Assembly: GCA_964658305.1 (NCBI GenBank)
Contig: OZ210885.1
Location: 25,482,001 to 25,546,000 of the forward strand
DNA from: Leptogorgia sarmentosa
Taxonomy: Eukaryota
DNA: 64,000 nucleotides
Direction: 5' to 3'
Shown here: positions 47,501 to 59,936 of the stretch, one piece after another
Numbering within the stretch: the stretch's first letter is position 1
Layout of the letters: the number at the start of each line of letters is the position of its first letter
Made by a program: the position numbers and the translations under genes
Notes under the pieces: model-generated
The model's input: only the letters and a program-made list of their open reading frames with translations
Told to the model about the DNA's origin: nothing
Database searches by the model: none

Positions 47501-47831
47501 TCTTTGGCCCAACCAATGAAGTCAAGCAATTTGATTAGGCGAGACAGTGCGTGAAAAAGTTCCCCAACAACCATTTCCACCGTCAGCAGTATTACAAGAT
47601 ATCGGCTCTGATCAAAACCAGGATTTCACGCGCGGAGAGAAGCATAAAGGAGAAGGGATGAAATCATGGGAACGGCAACACTTTGTGAAGACTGGTCTGA
47701 TTTCAAGGCAAATAACATGTTGGCGGATCCCTCGGCGAAAGTCTTGGTCGATAGATTGAAATACTGCAAAGCAATTGGAAAGGAACTCCGCAAAGAAAAA
47801 TGCCCTTGACCACGATGTCCATGAGTCAAAG
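44506..47831 (+). pseudogene. RAG1/Transib-fold DDE transposase-like gene with SAP-like insert
   Basis: Exon 44506-44865 (in-frame TGA at 44743), a GT-AG intron, then an exon from 45222. Motifs in order: VWHDLST, FDGDTPARQYECGQQRGGKYYCAVC, SRDQLIRELSARGIYEGNTKEELQNLL, EPLHDIG, TYFHNITSHAP, NTEEQERIF. Frameshifts near 45640 and 46655. Confidence 0.7.
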
Positions 47832-48294
47832 ACCATGCCACATTCCCGATAAAATTCAAGATATAAAAACGGCTTTTTTAAGAGCCACCATATATTGAAA
47901 AGAATACAAACTAGGTTACCCACAGGGTAGGAAATGCTGCCTTGGCGCAAGCTGTAGTCATCGAAAGTATTACAACTCAAAAATGATATCAATAAAAACA
48001 AATGGAATTATTATGAAAATTTTACAGAATGAGTTAGTTGGTGAAAGTTAAGTGTAATGTATATATTTATTATTGCAATATTGTAAGATCTAAACGGGAA
48101 CAGTTGCGATAAAAACCGTATAAATATTACACTGTTCTTGTTTAGGTCTTTTTGCCTAACCGTTTTGTCTGTCTACTTGTATGAATCGACTTTAATAGGA
48201 TTGAAGTGATATTAAAATCATCTCTGACAATAGACAATACGTAAATATTTTGTAATAGCTCTTTATAAACAGAAAAATATGTACACAAAGTTAC

Positions 48295-48845
48295 ATGTTC
48301 TGCGCCTATGTAGCTTGGTTACCAGCGGTGATCAAATCTTATTTATTTTCGGTTTTTTGATACACACATCTTATCTGTTCCCTAATACGCGATCTTGCAT
48401 GTATAAAATGGTTTACTGCTAGGGAGAAGGCGAATAGCGCAAATACTTATAATCCTTTCAAAACGCGAGGTTGTGCGTGGTTAAAACGTGAGACGTATTC
48501 AATACTTGATATAAGCTTTCATGACTATCTCGTATTCTGGATATTCCCTGATCACGATGACACCGCGGGCAGTCCAAACATGCATGTACAGTGTGTCAGT
48601 GCCGACACGCTAAAGTATCGTAGCCTCGTAGGGAAAATATACGCGCAATTGTGTGTTGTGTCAAGACATAAACCTTTTTCATAACCTTAAATATTCGCTG
48701 TGTTCAAGGTAATACAATGCATAATTTGCGTCATGATATTTTTGCTTTGATGATTTAAATTCCATAGCAAACCTCTTTGATATCTTCAGAAGCAATCAGC
48801 AATGCGGTGCCAATGTATAATTTGTGTCATGATTTTTTTGCGTAT
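48295..48845 (-). repeat. Inverted second copy of the 22780-23690 repeat
   Basis: For example CCCTAATACGCGATCTTGCATGTATAAAATGG and CACGCTAAAGTATCGTAG are reverse complements of sequence at ~23580-23610 and ~22975-22992. Confidence 0.85.
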
Positions 48846-49532
48846 AATCGAAAAAACCTTTTAATTTTTGCAAACGTGAAAATTCTAAAGTGAATTTGAC
48901 AGCGGCTTTACCAAATCGGCGGTAAAAGTGTTACATTCCTATTAAAAGTGGTTTTCAGAGTTTTCATGGTTTCCTTATAACAGTGGCCACTGGTTTTGTC
49001 CAAGGGTTTGATTGTTTAATACTTGGCCCTTCAAAATTATATTACTGCTGTGCATTATTATATCCTTAGGGAAAAACGAATCTTTCGTCTATGAACAATA
49101 TGCCTCGTCCAATTATATCTACCTTTTATTACACTATAACGTAATAAGTGATATTCATACATTTTATTCTGTGTTATGCTAGTGAAACCAGTTCAATTAG
49201 TTCACAATGCAAGCATAAAAATTTTCTGCTCTGGCGTTTTAACTGACGTAGCATTCTTGGGCTAATTAGGGAGTTAAAAGCATTTAAATTTGAACATGGA
49301 CATGCTCAAATCAAAACGGTAACCTTTTTAGGGATGCACTGTACAGGGGTCCTAAAAAAAGTACCATTTATAGAAATCATACAATCCCGCTAGCTTAAGT
49401 TATAACACATGCCAACATATAAAATTATATCCAGCTAGTTTCATCGGATTACTTGGCGACAAAAGTGTATTAGCCTTGAGCTTAGTTTTCCTGAAGGAAA
49501 ACGGATAAGAATAAGTTGAAAAGAAAACTATT

Positions 49533-49604
49533 ATAATTTTAGCAAAAGTGAAAATTACAATTAGCATGATAATTTTAGCAAAAGTGAAAATTACAATTAG
49601 CATG
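49533..49604. repeat. 36-bp direct tandem duplication
   Basis: ATAATTTTAGCAAAAGTGAAAATTACAATTAGCATG occurs twice. Confidence 0.9.
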
Positions 49605-50104
49605 AATTTTAAGACAGCTATACTACAGATTGACGGTAAGATACGGTTATGCTGTTCTAACTAAAATGTATGCCTCTTCTCATATTTCATTTTCAACAGT
49701 GAGTACAACCAACTTTCGCCCTCATTTAAATTTTGAGATCCAGAATTTCGTCGAATTCTTATTCAATGCTTTCTAATTCAGCGATTATTCATATAAAACG
49801 ATCATCAGCGACACTGATTTGAAAATCCGACGACACTAGTGTACTGCATGGTGGAACGATTTTACTGTCCTTCAACATCATAAAACAGTACTGATGATTT
49901 TTAGCAGCATGGAAATTGCGACTTGTAATGGTAGTGCAAGGCACAAAAATAGAAAATCCAAATCATTCAGCATTGTATATAATTCCTTCCAAGTACTTTA
50001 ACAGTAATTTGTGATAAGAGGATTAGTTTTTATAATCACCAACGGAATTTTCTGTGGAGATAACAACCAGAAATGAAACACATGCATGACATGAACTCCA
50101 TGCT

Positions 50105-50770
50105 TGACCGAGAAATACAAATTTCAAACCTGTCGACCGAAAAATACAAATTAAAAACCTGTCCACCGAGAAATACAAATTTAAAACCTGTCCACCTGTC
50201 GACCGAGAAATACAAATTTAAAACCTGTCGACCGAGAAATACAAAATTTCAAACCTGTCAACCGAGAAATACAAATTTTAAACCTGTCGACTGATTATTA
50301 AAGGTCAACTGCATGTCGAACGTCGAAGGGAAAGAAATAATAGCGAGACCAGGTTGCACCACGACCGAGAAATACAAAATTTAAAACCTCAGTGTCGACC
50401 AAGAAATACATATTGTTGCTGGGTATTAAACTGAATTGAAGAGAGTTGTTGCAGGTACCAAAATACAACTTGAGTCAGCAACCGGTGACTGACAAATCTC
50501 ATCTTAGAACTGTTCCAAAAATCAACCTAAAAATAAGAAGATAGTTAAACAGAACAGTGGTATGTAAACTGTAATATTGTTAACAGTATTGGTGCCAGGA
50601 CCTGTCGACCGAGAAATACAAATTTAAAACCTGTCGACCGAGAAATACAAATTTGAAACCTGTGGACCGATTCTTCAACTGCATGTCGAACGTCGACGGA
50701 AAAGAAATGATAGCGAGACCGCGTTGCACGAAGGAAAAGAAATCATAACGAGACCGCGTTGCACCACAGA
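50105..50770. repeat. ~29-bp minisatellite (CCTGTCGACCGAGAAATACAAATTTAAAA) in two blocks with duplicated flanking sequence
   Basis: About 6 units at 50105-50292, single units near 50365-50410, and 2-3 units at 50601-50670. CAACTGCATGTCGAACGTCGA..GCGAGACC follows both blocks. Confidence 0.9.
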
Positions 50771-51961
50771 AAGAATTTACAGTCGGGAAAAGTCCTCAAA
50801 ATGCGGGTCGAACACCCTAAATTTACTGGTACCGTCATGCAATGCGCCAATAGAAAATTTTGATTTCGATCCACAAGACAAAATTAGGATCTGCTGCCTT
50901 GCTCGCTCGCTTCAGGCTCGCTCGCTGCGGCAGCAACAAACGAAATCTGATATTCTGATTCCACATGAAACTTAAACGTTTTGTTGCTCAGCAACAACAA
51001 CGATCTACTTGTGAATTATGTGATCTTATTAAATTTGCCTCGGGGGTTTTACATAGTGAGCGCGATTGGCTCTCGCAAACGGATATAAATGTTATGCAAT
51101 ATTATTCCGCTACGAATACCATCAGGGAAATAGCGGGAAAGTTAATTTGCATTAATTAAGATAAAGGTCTATAGCGAGTCTAGTATTATTCAACAGCTAT
51201 TTATTAGAGCATGTTTTGGATTTTTCGCGAAGTTTCAGTTATATAACTATAGATATATGATGGGAAAATCTATTGATTGCGCACTGGATACCCTCAAGAG
51301 AAAGAAAATGAGAAACAATCGAAAGAAGCGTCGTTGTCAACAGCGTGCTTTATTACGCGCCGCGTCAGAAAATATAGCGCAAAAAGTAGCTGAGAGTATT
51401 CTCCAGCACAAAGTACTAACAGAAAAATACTGCACTAAATGGAGGAAGGCAGCAAAAGAAGCCAGATATTTAAGGGAACGGCTCAATGCCACTAAAAGGC
51501 AACCCTGTAATAGCAAGCAGGTCAGATGGTTGAACTGTACATTTGTATATTTGCTAATTTTGTCTGTATCTTTTACCTTATAATAAAACAACTACAGCCA
51601 TTGGTATTGCAGCAACAGTGTTTACTGTTTACAAAAACGGATCTTTCTTACAAATAGTAGTATTCAATTAAAATCTATCAGTGTACAATGAAAAAATACA
51701 TGTATTATATAAACTTTTGCAGGTTGTAGTGAAGAACATAAACCTGAAATCCACAAGTCCAGTACCACCATCAGTCTCCAATGTCAATCAAATCTGTCCA
51801 GAAGAATTAATCCAGATGAATGATACGTGCATTGGCTCTGGTACATTTGGGCAATGTACCTTAAAGTTGTACAAACGTTTCAACTTGGTAGTTTTAGAAA
51901 AGCAGCTTGCAACATCACATTTAACTGAAGTAATTAATGAAGCTAAATTATTATTATTATT

Positions 51962-52420
51962 ATTAAACAATTATTGGATGAGGCTGAGCATGATATCAAG
52001 AATTATTCAGACCGAGGTCAATGTTATTTGCCGAAGCGAAGCTGAGGCGGATAACATTGACCGAGGTCTAAATAATTCTTGATATCATGCGAAAGCCGAA
52101 TCCAATAATTGTTTTATTATACATTTAAAAGACACGGTAATTTGGAGAGTTCACTTTCATTCAGCGAAGCAAAATCTGCTGCTGGCCATTGTTTGTTTGT
52201 TTTTTCGCGCGCTTTTAGCTTCAAGCTTTTGACAGCGCTGGGGCTTGGGCACGAGAGAGTCCAATAATTTTTTTTTTGGATGCAAGTTCGATCCAAAAAA
52301 AAAATTATTGGACGCTGATGACGTCATCGGCGGAAAATACGTAATAAATGCCGAATACTGAGAATTAGCCGGTGCTTTCTGACCAATCAGGAACGAGAAT
52401 AAATATTAAATGTATAATAA
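51962..52420 (-). mobile_element. Hairpin-ended non-autonomous element (Crypton-like?) inserted in the LINE tail
   Basis: ~150-nt inverted repeat at 51965-52114. CCAATCAG..TATAATAA at the other end. Confidence 0.5.
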
Positions 52421-53421
52421 TTAATGTTATTTATACACGGTAACTTATCAACCAAAGAATAAAAATAGTTAAGGTACAACGTTTATCTAAAAGGTTGCTT
52501 TTCATACGGCCGTGTTTAACAAAGTCTAATTACTAATTACTATAACTTAATTATTATTTAATTAGTTATCCAATCTAACTATATATATAAACTAACAAAA
52601 TAAATACATACATGCGAAATTACTGATAACTTGCATAGTTTGTCAGGAATGAGGTATTTTCACAGATAAAATCATGTAAAATACGTTTAAAAGTGTTATC
52701 ATTGACTGTGAGATCTTTAAGCTCAGATGGGAGATTATTCCATGTTTTAGCTGCGTGGTAGCTAAAACTCCGTTTCATTGCATTTGTTCTTGGTTTTGGT
52801 AGCATCAGCATAGTATGATTGCTACGTAAATTATATTGGTCATTTACCGCAGTTTGAAACTGCTCTGTTATTAAATTTGGAACTTCGTTTTTCAGTATTT
52901 TACGTATGAATAAAAGCATTCCTTCTAATCTTATCTGATTTAAGGGGCGCCAATTTAGTTTACTAAGGACATCCGTGGAACATATTTCCCAGCTGTCTCC
53001 AGTAATTACTCTTGCAGCCCTATTTTGAAGCTTTTGAAGTTTTGATTGTAACATTAAGTTACAATTTTGCCATACAAGAGAACAATAATCAAAATAAGGC
53101 TGAACAAGTGCATTATCAATTTGTTTCAAAATACTCTCAGGAACAAAAGGTTTTATTAATTTTATTGCACCTATTCCGTGTGAAACCTTTTTGCTGATAC
53201 TATCAATATGGTCCTCCCATCTCAACCTATCGTCAATGATTACGCCAAGACTTTTTGTTGACATTCGATTTGACATTTGATAATTTGACATTCGATTTAG
53301 ACGTCGAATTTAATAAATAGTCGCATATGTAATCGCACATGCAGTCTAATAGCGAAAAGCAATGACATTGGTCAGCAGATTATAATTCGCAGAAATAAGG
53401 ATCTATTGTTGAGTTGCAAAA

Positions 53422-54738
53422 ATGGCAAAGGTGAAAGATCCAGGAAATATGATTTTATATCGAGTTATTCGGGAGTGCAGGCGGCGTAGAAAGATCATTC
53501 GACGAACTCTGCAATACGCTATGATGCGGAGAAAACGAGTATTGCAATTGTCTTTACTTCTGCTTCTGTTGATCACTTCCATAAAAGCTGTTCCAGTTGA
53601 TCGATCCTGCCGCAGAGTATCTCGAAATTGTGGTTGGTGGGAGAAAGTATGGAAAACCTATTCAGAAGCCCGCTTTAAAAAAACCTTTCGTGTATCTCGT
53701 GCTACTTTTATTTACTTACTTTCCAAAATAAGGCATAAGCTGGAACGTCAACACATTACTGAGGAACCAATATCACCAGAACAGAGACTTGGTATTTGTC
53801 TATATCGGCTTGACAGAGGTAGTTACTACTATACCATTGCCAAGATGTCTGGGCTTGGGATATCAACTGTTTGCTCCATCACACAAGAAGTATCACAAGC
53901 CATTGTTGACTGTTTATGGGACGGGACTGTATCGAAATATATGCCAAAATCAACTGAAGATTTCAAAGAGAAAATGATCGATATGGATGTAATGTGGCAA
54001 TTCCCCAGCTGCTGGGCAGCAATGGACGGGTGTCATATTCCAATCAAATGCCCGGCCGGTGGAAAGATTGCATGCAAGGAGTATCACAATTTTAAAAATT
54101 TTTACTCAATAGTGTTAATGGGATTGGTAGATTCCCATTACAGGTTTGTGTGGGCAAGTTGTGGCTACCCTGGCAATTCTCATGATGCTATCATTTTTGA
54201 GTCCACGGAACTTTGCTCAAAGATCAAAGAAGGCAATTGCATACCAGAAATTAAAAATAATATTGGGGGTGTTAATGTTTTGCCTCTAATTATTGCTGAC
54301 TCAGCATTTTCCCTATCAAAGTGGATGATGAAGCCTTATGGTGAAGCTGTGCTGTCTGAAAAGCAAAGGTACTTTAATTACCGCTTGAGCCGTGCTCGCA
54401 TGGTGACAGAAGGGGCCTATGGGCAGTTGAAGGGTCGCTGGCGCATCCTCTTGAGAAAGTGTTAAAGTACAAATGAAGAGGTCAGAAGGTGTGCACTGGC
54501 ATGTGTAGTATTGCACAATGTTTGCATTGAGAGAGGCGATACCATTTCCCAAAAGCTAGACTTAACAACTGATCCTTTAACCCAACAGAGAAGAGATCCA
54601 GAAGTAGTAAGAAGATTACTGGACATGCGGGCTTGTAAAAGCACTACAGATACGAAATGTTCTCCAGCAGCTAAGAATGTTCGAAACATTATTGCAAACA
54701 AACTATGGGCAGAAAAGGAAAGTGGAAAAGTTGATTAA
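53422..54738 (+). pseudogene. Harbinger (HARBI1-like) transposase, premature stop at 54463
   Basis: FKKTFRVSRATF, AAMDGCHIPI, PGNSHDA, IIADSAF, RARMVTEGAYGQLKGRWRIL, then CVVLHNVC after the stop. Confidence 0.92.
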
Positions 54739-55131
54739 AAACAAGTTAATGTTTTGTATTTGATATTACTTTATTATGAAGAACTCAATGAAATGTAACA
54801 CTACAGAGTATGCATCATGTTTATGGCTATTTGCAAGCGTGCATTCTGCAATGGACACATAAAATGCTAATTGATTTGCACAAAACATACAAAATCTACA
54901 GTGAAACATGAAGGTCTGAAATAAACATGTTCGAAGTTGGCAGTTAAAGGTAGCTTGCAAACAGCAGTAAGTGCTTCTGCAGTGGTACGGAAAACAGCTT
55001 TAAGATACTGTACATAACTTGAAAAAACTCAACATTTGGTGCATGCCCATAATTATTATTGTTATTTCTTTCTATATGAAGTATTTCCAAAATACTTAAA
55101 AATGTTTCAATTCAGCACCCTGTAAATAACT

Positions 55132-56642
55132 TCATAATTTGTGATAAGTTTTTTCCTCTAATTGTAAATGCTCTTCATGTGATTGAGACGCAGAGGAGAT
55201 TAAGGAACTGCTTGAGCATGATGAGGATGGCCTAGTGGTCAAGGGGGAAGGACTGAAAAACATACTTGATTCACCTTGCCATGGTTGATATGATTGGAAT
55301 GACCTACCACATCCCTGACCTGTGACATGGTTTGCCACTTGCTGATACTCGTTTCCATGCACTTGCCAATATGTCTGCGGTGTGGGACCAGAAGCATGTT
55401 GCTGTGGTGGATGATGTGTTGCTGATAAGAACTTATCTACAAGCTTTGCTTCATGCTCCATTGACTTTTGTAATTCTTCACGCATGAAAGATATCATCTC
55501 TTTGGCAGGGTCATTTGATATTGTTTCTTTTATAAGCCCAATTACCTCAGCAATGGTATCTTTGTTTGAAGACTTCTTTTTAGTTGATTTAATTGGTACA
55601 AAAGGTTTTTCTGAGTTTTCCTCTTCATGTGAGTCATTTTCAGTATTACTTCCAGCAATTGTGCTTGTTGTTGCAGAAGGCTCTACAGCTTTACATGAAT
55701 CCCTTGTTTGAACTAGTGGGAACAACTTATTGAACCAAGCACCAAATCCTTTATCTTCTTGGAACCTTTTAATGCCTGACCCAGTCTTAATAGTTAGTGC
55801 TGCAAACTTACAATCACTCACACATTTCTTAAACTTTGTGCGTAGCTGAGCAGCAGTAAAGTCAATATCCTCATCTCTGGCAGAACACCTATCCTTTAAC
55901 TCTTTGAGGATTTTCTCATATATGAGGCCATTTTGCTGATTCTTTGTGTTTGTGAAGATAAGTTTTCGTTTGTAGTATTCATCATTTGTAACAATGTCTA
56001 CAAAGTCGTCTAGTGTTTCAGTGCTCCATCGGGTTTTGCGTCCCTTTTTCTTCTTTTCAGTTTTCGGTTTCTCACATGTAGCTTTTTTAGTTCTATATAA
56101 TATAATTAAATGAAAACAGTTTGTAGTAAGACAACCAGAAACCATTAGACAATATAAAAAAAAAAATGCTTAATAGGGGGAGTAATTATTAAATTTTGAA
56201 ATTAAATTGCAGCAATTTAAAATTTATTTTATATGGTGCTATACATCTCACATACTTTTATTATAGTTTCATATTCTCTATGGTGAGAAATATATAGAAA
56301 GAAAGTGAGCAGTGAGATGAAGTAAACTCGTGTCTAAAAGACCAATGAAGTATGTACCTTTTTCGCTTTTGCTTTGGTTCACTTGGGTCAGCATCGTCAG
56401 GTGTATCGCTAGTTTCTTTATCCTCTTCCCAATGGTTATTTTTATCAATAATAGAATTGCCTATTTGACACGTTTGGCAACGGCCAACAGATTTTCCCAT
56501 TACCCATCCAGCTGTCTCGTCATCTTCTTCAAACTCTGAACATTTGTTGCAGATGGGCGAAGTACAGTCTATACACTGGTATGTTGTTAAAATAGAACAA
56601 GAACAACAGTGTGCTTTATCTTCTGTGCATTTACCCGCCATC
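55132..56642 (-). CDS. Harbinger accessory Myb/SANT-like DNA-binding protein with N-terminal Cys-rich finger (2 exons: ~56642-56357, ~56092-55132)
   Basis: MAGKC..CCSC..YQCIDCTSPICNKC..CQTC, then RWSTETLDDFVDIV..QLRTKFKKC..GAWFNKLF. Confidence 0.75.
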
Positions 56643-58417
56643 TTGAAAATTTTACGAGGGACAGGACCCGTATGTGGAATTCTGCGCATGTCATTCAGCT
56701 TCGTGGAACGTTCGTGGCGCCTAATATAATTTTTCATAATTTATGCATTTTATTCGGCGCATGAAATATTTGACGTTTGAATCAACGTCGCCCTACTGCC
56801 GAATTATTCGACCAGGACAGTCGAATAAAACGGCATGGTCGCATTTAATTCGAATAGTCGAATTTAATTAATTCATATGTCGAATTTTTCATGCACTTAA
56901 TTTTTTAATTGTATTCGGCACATGAAATATTCGACGTTTGAACCGGGCCTTAGTGTTAGTTTGTTTGCTACCAACCATTGGTGAATATTATCAAGGTCAC
57001 TGTCCAAGTGAACTTCTAATTCTTCTAAAGATTCTGCCGGTATAGAAACATTAGTGTCATCCGCAAACATTGAAGGTTTTGAATGCTGGAGACAATTTGG
57101 CAGGTCATTGATATAAATGAGGAATAAAAGAGGGCCCAAGTTCGATCCCTGAGGAACACCACATTGAATTAATTGTTTAGCTGATTTAACATTATTTATT
57201 TTACAAATTTGATATCTTTCGTTCAGATAAGAAACAAACCACTTCAGAGCATCATCTGTAACTCCATAAAGTTTTAGCTTATTAAGTAATATTTCGTGAT
57301 CAACTGTGTCAAATGCTTTCCGTAAATCCAGAAACAAAACAGCGTTTATAAGACCTTTATCGATATTCAAAAGCCAATTATTTGTAACGTTTAACATAGC
57401 TGTTAATGTTGAATGTGACTTTCGAAACCCGAATTGATTGTTTGACAGTATGTTATTTTCATCTATATAGGTAATTAATTGATTGTAAACAATTTTTTCG
57501 AATATTTTTGCCACTATTGAAAGTACGGAAATAGGTCTATAGTTGCTACAGTCAGTTTTGTCGCCATCTTGTCGCCATCTTTAAAAATAGGCGAGACAAA
57601 AGCCGTTTTTAAATCCTCTGGAAATATTCCTTGTTGCAAGGATCTGTTAAAAATTAATGTTAATGTTTGACAGATTACTTCAGAAGAATCCTTGACAAGT
57701 CTGGCGCTTATTTTATCCGGCCCAGCCGCCTTTGATGTATGAACATATTAACACATTCTAATATCCCACAGTTGCTAGGTGTTCAAATCACAACCAAGCC
57801 ATACTCCTTGATAATGCAGTTTATTGGTGAAGACATGAAGTCATCCACTGTGCATCAGTTGCTTCAAGATTCAAATGCTCAGAGGACACCACTTTCTTTA
57901 GCTGACTGGATTTCAGTTTGCATTGATATTGTTGAGGGTGTAAAGCACCTGCATTCCAAGGGATATCTACATTGCGACCTGAAAACCAACAATGTATTGG
58001 TATTTAAACAAAGGGGATTTGTGATTGACTTTGGGAAAGTCTGCCTTGCTACGAAACCACATGCCAGGAAATACACTTCATTCTATCATTATATAGCCCG
58101 AAGGTATTGCATGGAAAGCCAGTAAGCACTTCTAGTGATGTATTTTCTCTTGGTAAAACTCTAGCTAACAAACCCCTGGATTTGGTAGGGAAGCAGTGTA
58201 AGGATACCAAGCCATCTGTTCGACAATCACTGCCAGCACTCATTATATTGCTGAAAGAAATTAGTAAAAGAGGTTAAGTTTCCATTGTAAAATGAATGGT
58301 TCTCTATTTAAACACTTTTATATTTCATGATTCACATTATGATATAACTAGCTTACATTTGGTATGTATGTACTTAGTATCTAAAGATCTAAATATTAAT
58401 TTAAAATAAATTAATGC

Positions 58418-59936
58418 TGTGAGTAGTCGAAACTTATGTGCAGGGCCGGAGAGCATGTGCAGGGCCGATCCGGGGGGACGTTTTTGTTGGGATAGATCGA
58501 ACTGCAAACAGAACTCAGCTAGCAGTCGCGACATAGTTATTTGTAAGTACAGTCCGTTGTGTCTAGATTATCAGTATTCGTAGTGTTGTTTACCCTTGTA
58601 ACGTCATATATTTTGTATTTGTGTTTAGCACGTGTTTCTTGTAAATAAAAGGTACTATAAGAATTTTGCAAGCGCGTTGACACTCGAGGCCCCACAACCA
58701 GAGCAAGTTAGCAGTGGGGCTCGCACAGTGAAATAACTACCCGTTGACTCAAAACAGAAAGAAACTTATGGAAAAGCAGGCAGGCGAAACAACAAGTTCG
58801 GAGCCAATCCAACAAACAGATGCATGCGAAAGTACACACACTAGTGCGGTTGAAACTGCATCCAGCGACCACGACAGCGAAGTTACGGAGGTCCGTAGAA
58901 GCACAAGAGAAAGAAAACCGACCGAGAAAGGTAGAGAGTACATTTTAAGTTTGAAGGACAATATATTTGAACAAATAAACCGTTGTTTGGTTGATAAGTT
59001 GTCGTCGCTTAAAAAGGAAGTAAACACTCTAGAAGAAGCAAATATTAGATACGAAATCGAGGAATTAGAGGCTTTAGTCACAAGTTTTAATCAAGCTTTG
59101 GACGAAGTACTAAAGCTGCTTCAACCAGAACAGCAAGAAGATTATATTAAAGAGTGCCAAAGCATTTTAAGTGACTGGAATAATGTGAAAGCTTCGTTGG
59201 TTCTACGTTTGCAAAAATATGAAATTGACAACATAAAACCTAGCCGTCCTTCGTCATTACCGGAAGACAGGAAATCTACCACTTTCTCTGTTCGCACTTC
59301 CTGTTCTATTCAATAGAAAAAACTGGAAGCCCGCGCCAAAGTAGCAGCACTTCGAAGTAAGATTGTAGTCGAAGAAGAAATTATCCAACAAAAAAGTTTG
59401 TTAGCTAAGCATGAAGCCCACTTAGAAAAGTTGAAGATGAAGCAACAATTACCAGAAGCGGAAGTGGAAGTTTATGAGGAAGCGGAAAATAGTCAAGAAC
59501 TACTTCCTACCAACCTCGAAGACGTGCTTCAGTCTCCAAAGAAGAGTATAGTGGACAGCAGAGAAATAAATGAGAATGCGAATCCCACACCAGACATAGT
59601 GGCCCAAGATGCACCCACATCCAGTAAACCAGTTAATTCCAATGCACCCCCCTTCACACCACCGCAAAATAATGGTCGACCAGCCCCAGTACAAGATCAA
59701 CATCAATCACAGTCACCGAGCAACGATCAGCTACGCCCCAGCCCTACAACGATGCCTGGAACTAGCCAATTGTACGATACAAACAGAGTCGTCCTAGAAG
59801 CACTGTCCCTACACAGATTGCCAAAGCTTGAACCCAAAGTATTTGAGGGCGCGGAGTTGGAGTTTCTACGTTGGGAATCCTCCTTCGACGCTCTAGTTGC
59901 CTCGAACACCAATGATCCCAAAACTATGTTACATTA
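58418..59936 (+). mobile_element. BEL/Pao LTR retrotransposon 5' part (LTR ~58418-58727, gag from 58768)
   Basis: TGTGAG..CGCACA-bounded segment with AATAAA. Gag motifs RRSTRERKPTEKGREY and LPKLEPKVFEG..FLRWESSF (DUF1759-like). In-frame disruptions. Cut by the Sola element. Confidence 0.8.

Larger units (their letters stand above)
53258..56949 (+). mobile_element. Harbinger/PIF element 2 (left TIR lost)
   Basis: Right end CATGAAATATTCGACGTTTGAACCGGGCC plus TTA cuts the LINE RT at NKLTL. TTCGA-rich subterminal repeats on both sides. Two convergent genes. Confidence 0.88.
51948..57735 (-). mobile_element. 5'-truncated L2/CR1 LINE (RT at 57735-56950 and 53258-52620)
   Basis: NYRPISVL, QFGFRK, LDLRKAFDTVDH, GVPQGSNLGP, MFADD, then KSLGVIID..KLQNRAARVI. 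(TAA)n tail at 51948-51965. Confidence 0.92.
51257..58277 (+). pseudogene. Protein kinase gene split by a LINE insertion (exons ~51257-51520, 51723-51947 joined to 57736-58277)
   Basis: IGSGTFGQC..VLEK..VINEAK joins CMNILTHSNIPQLLGV..YLHCDLKTNN..IDFGK..YIA(P)EV..SSDVFSLG. Frameshift near 58097. Confidence 0.85.

Noticed and set aside
22780..48845. Inverted repeat pair as TIRs of a 26-kb element
   Set aside because: Both copies are internal fragments with indels, and there are no defined termini or TSD.
53422..54738. Domesticated HARBI1 host gene
   Set aside because: It has a premature stop, a TIR and an accessory gene, and it is inserted in a LINE.
58724..58762. CACAGTG + 23 bp + ACAGAAAGA, resembling a 23-RSS downstream of the RAG1-like gene
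   Set aside because: The nonamer matches only 6/9, the site coincides with the BEL LTR boundary 11 kb away, and no partner signal was found.
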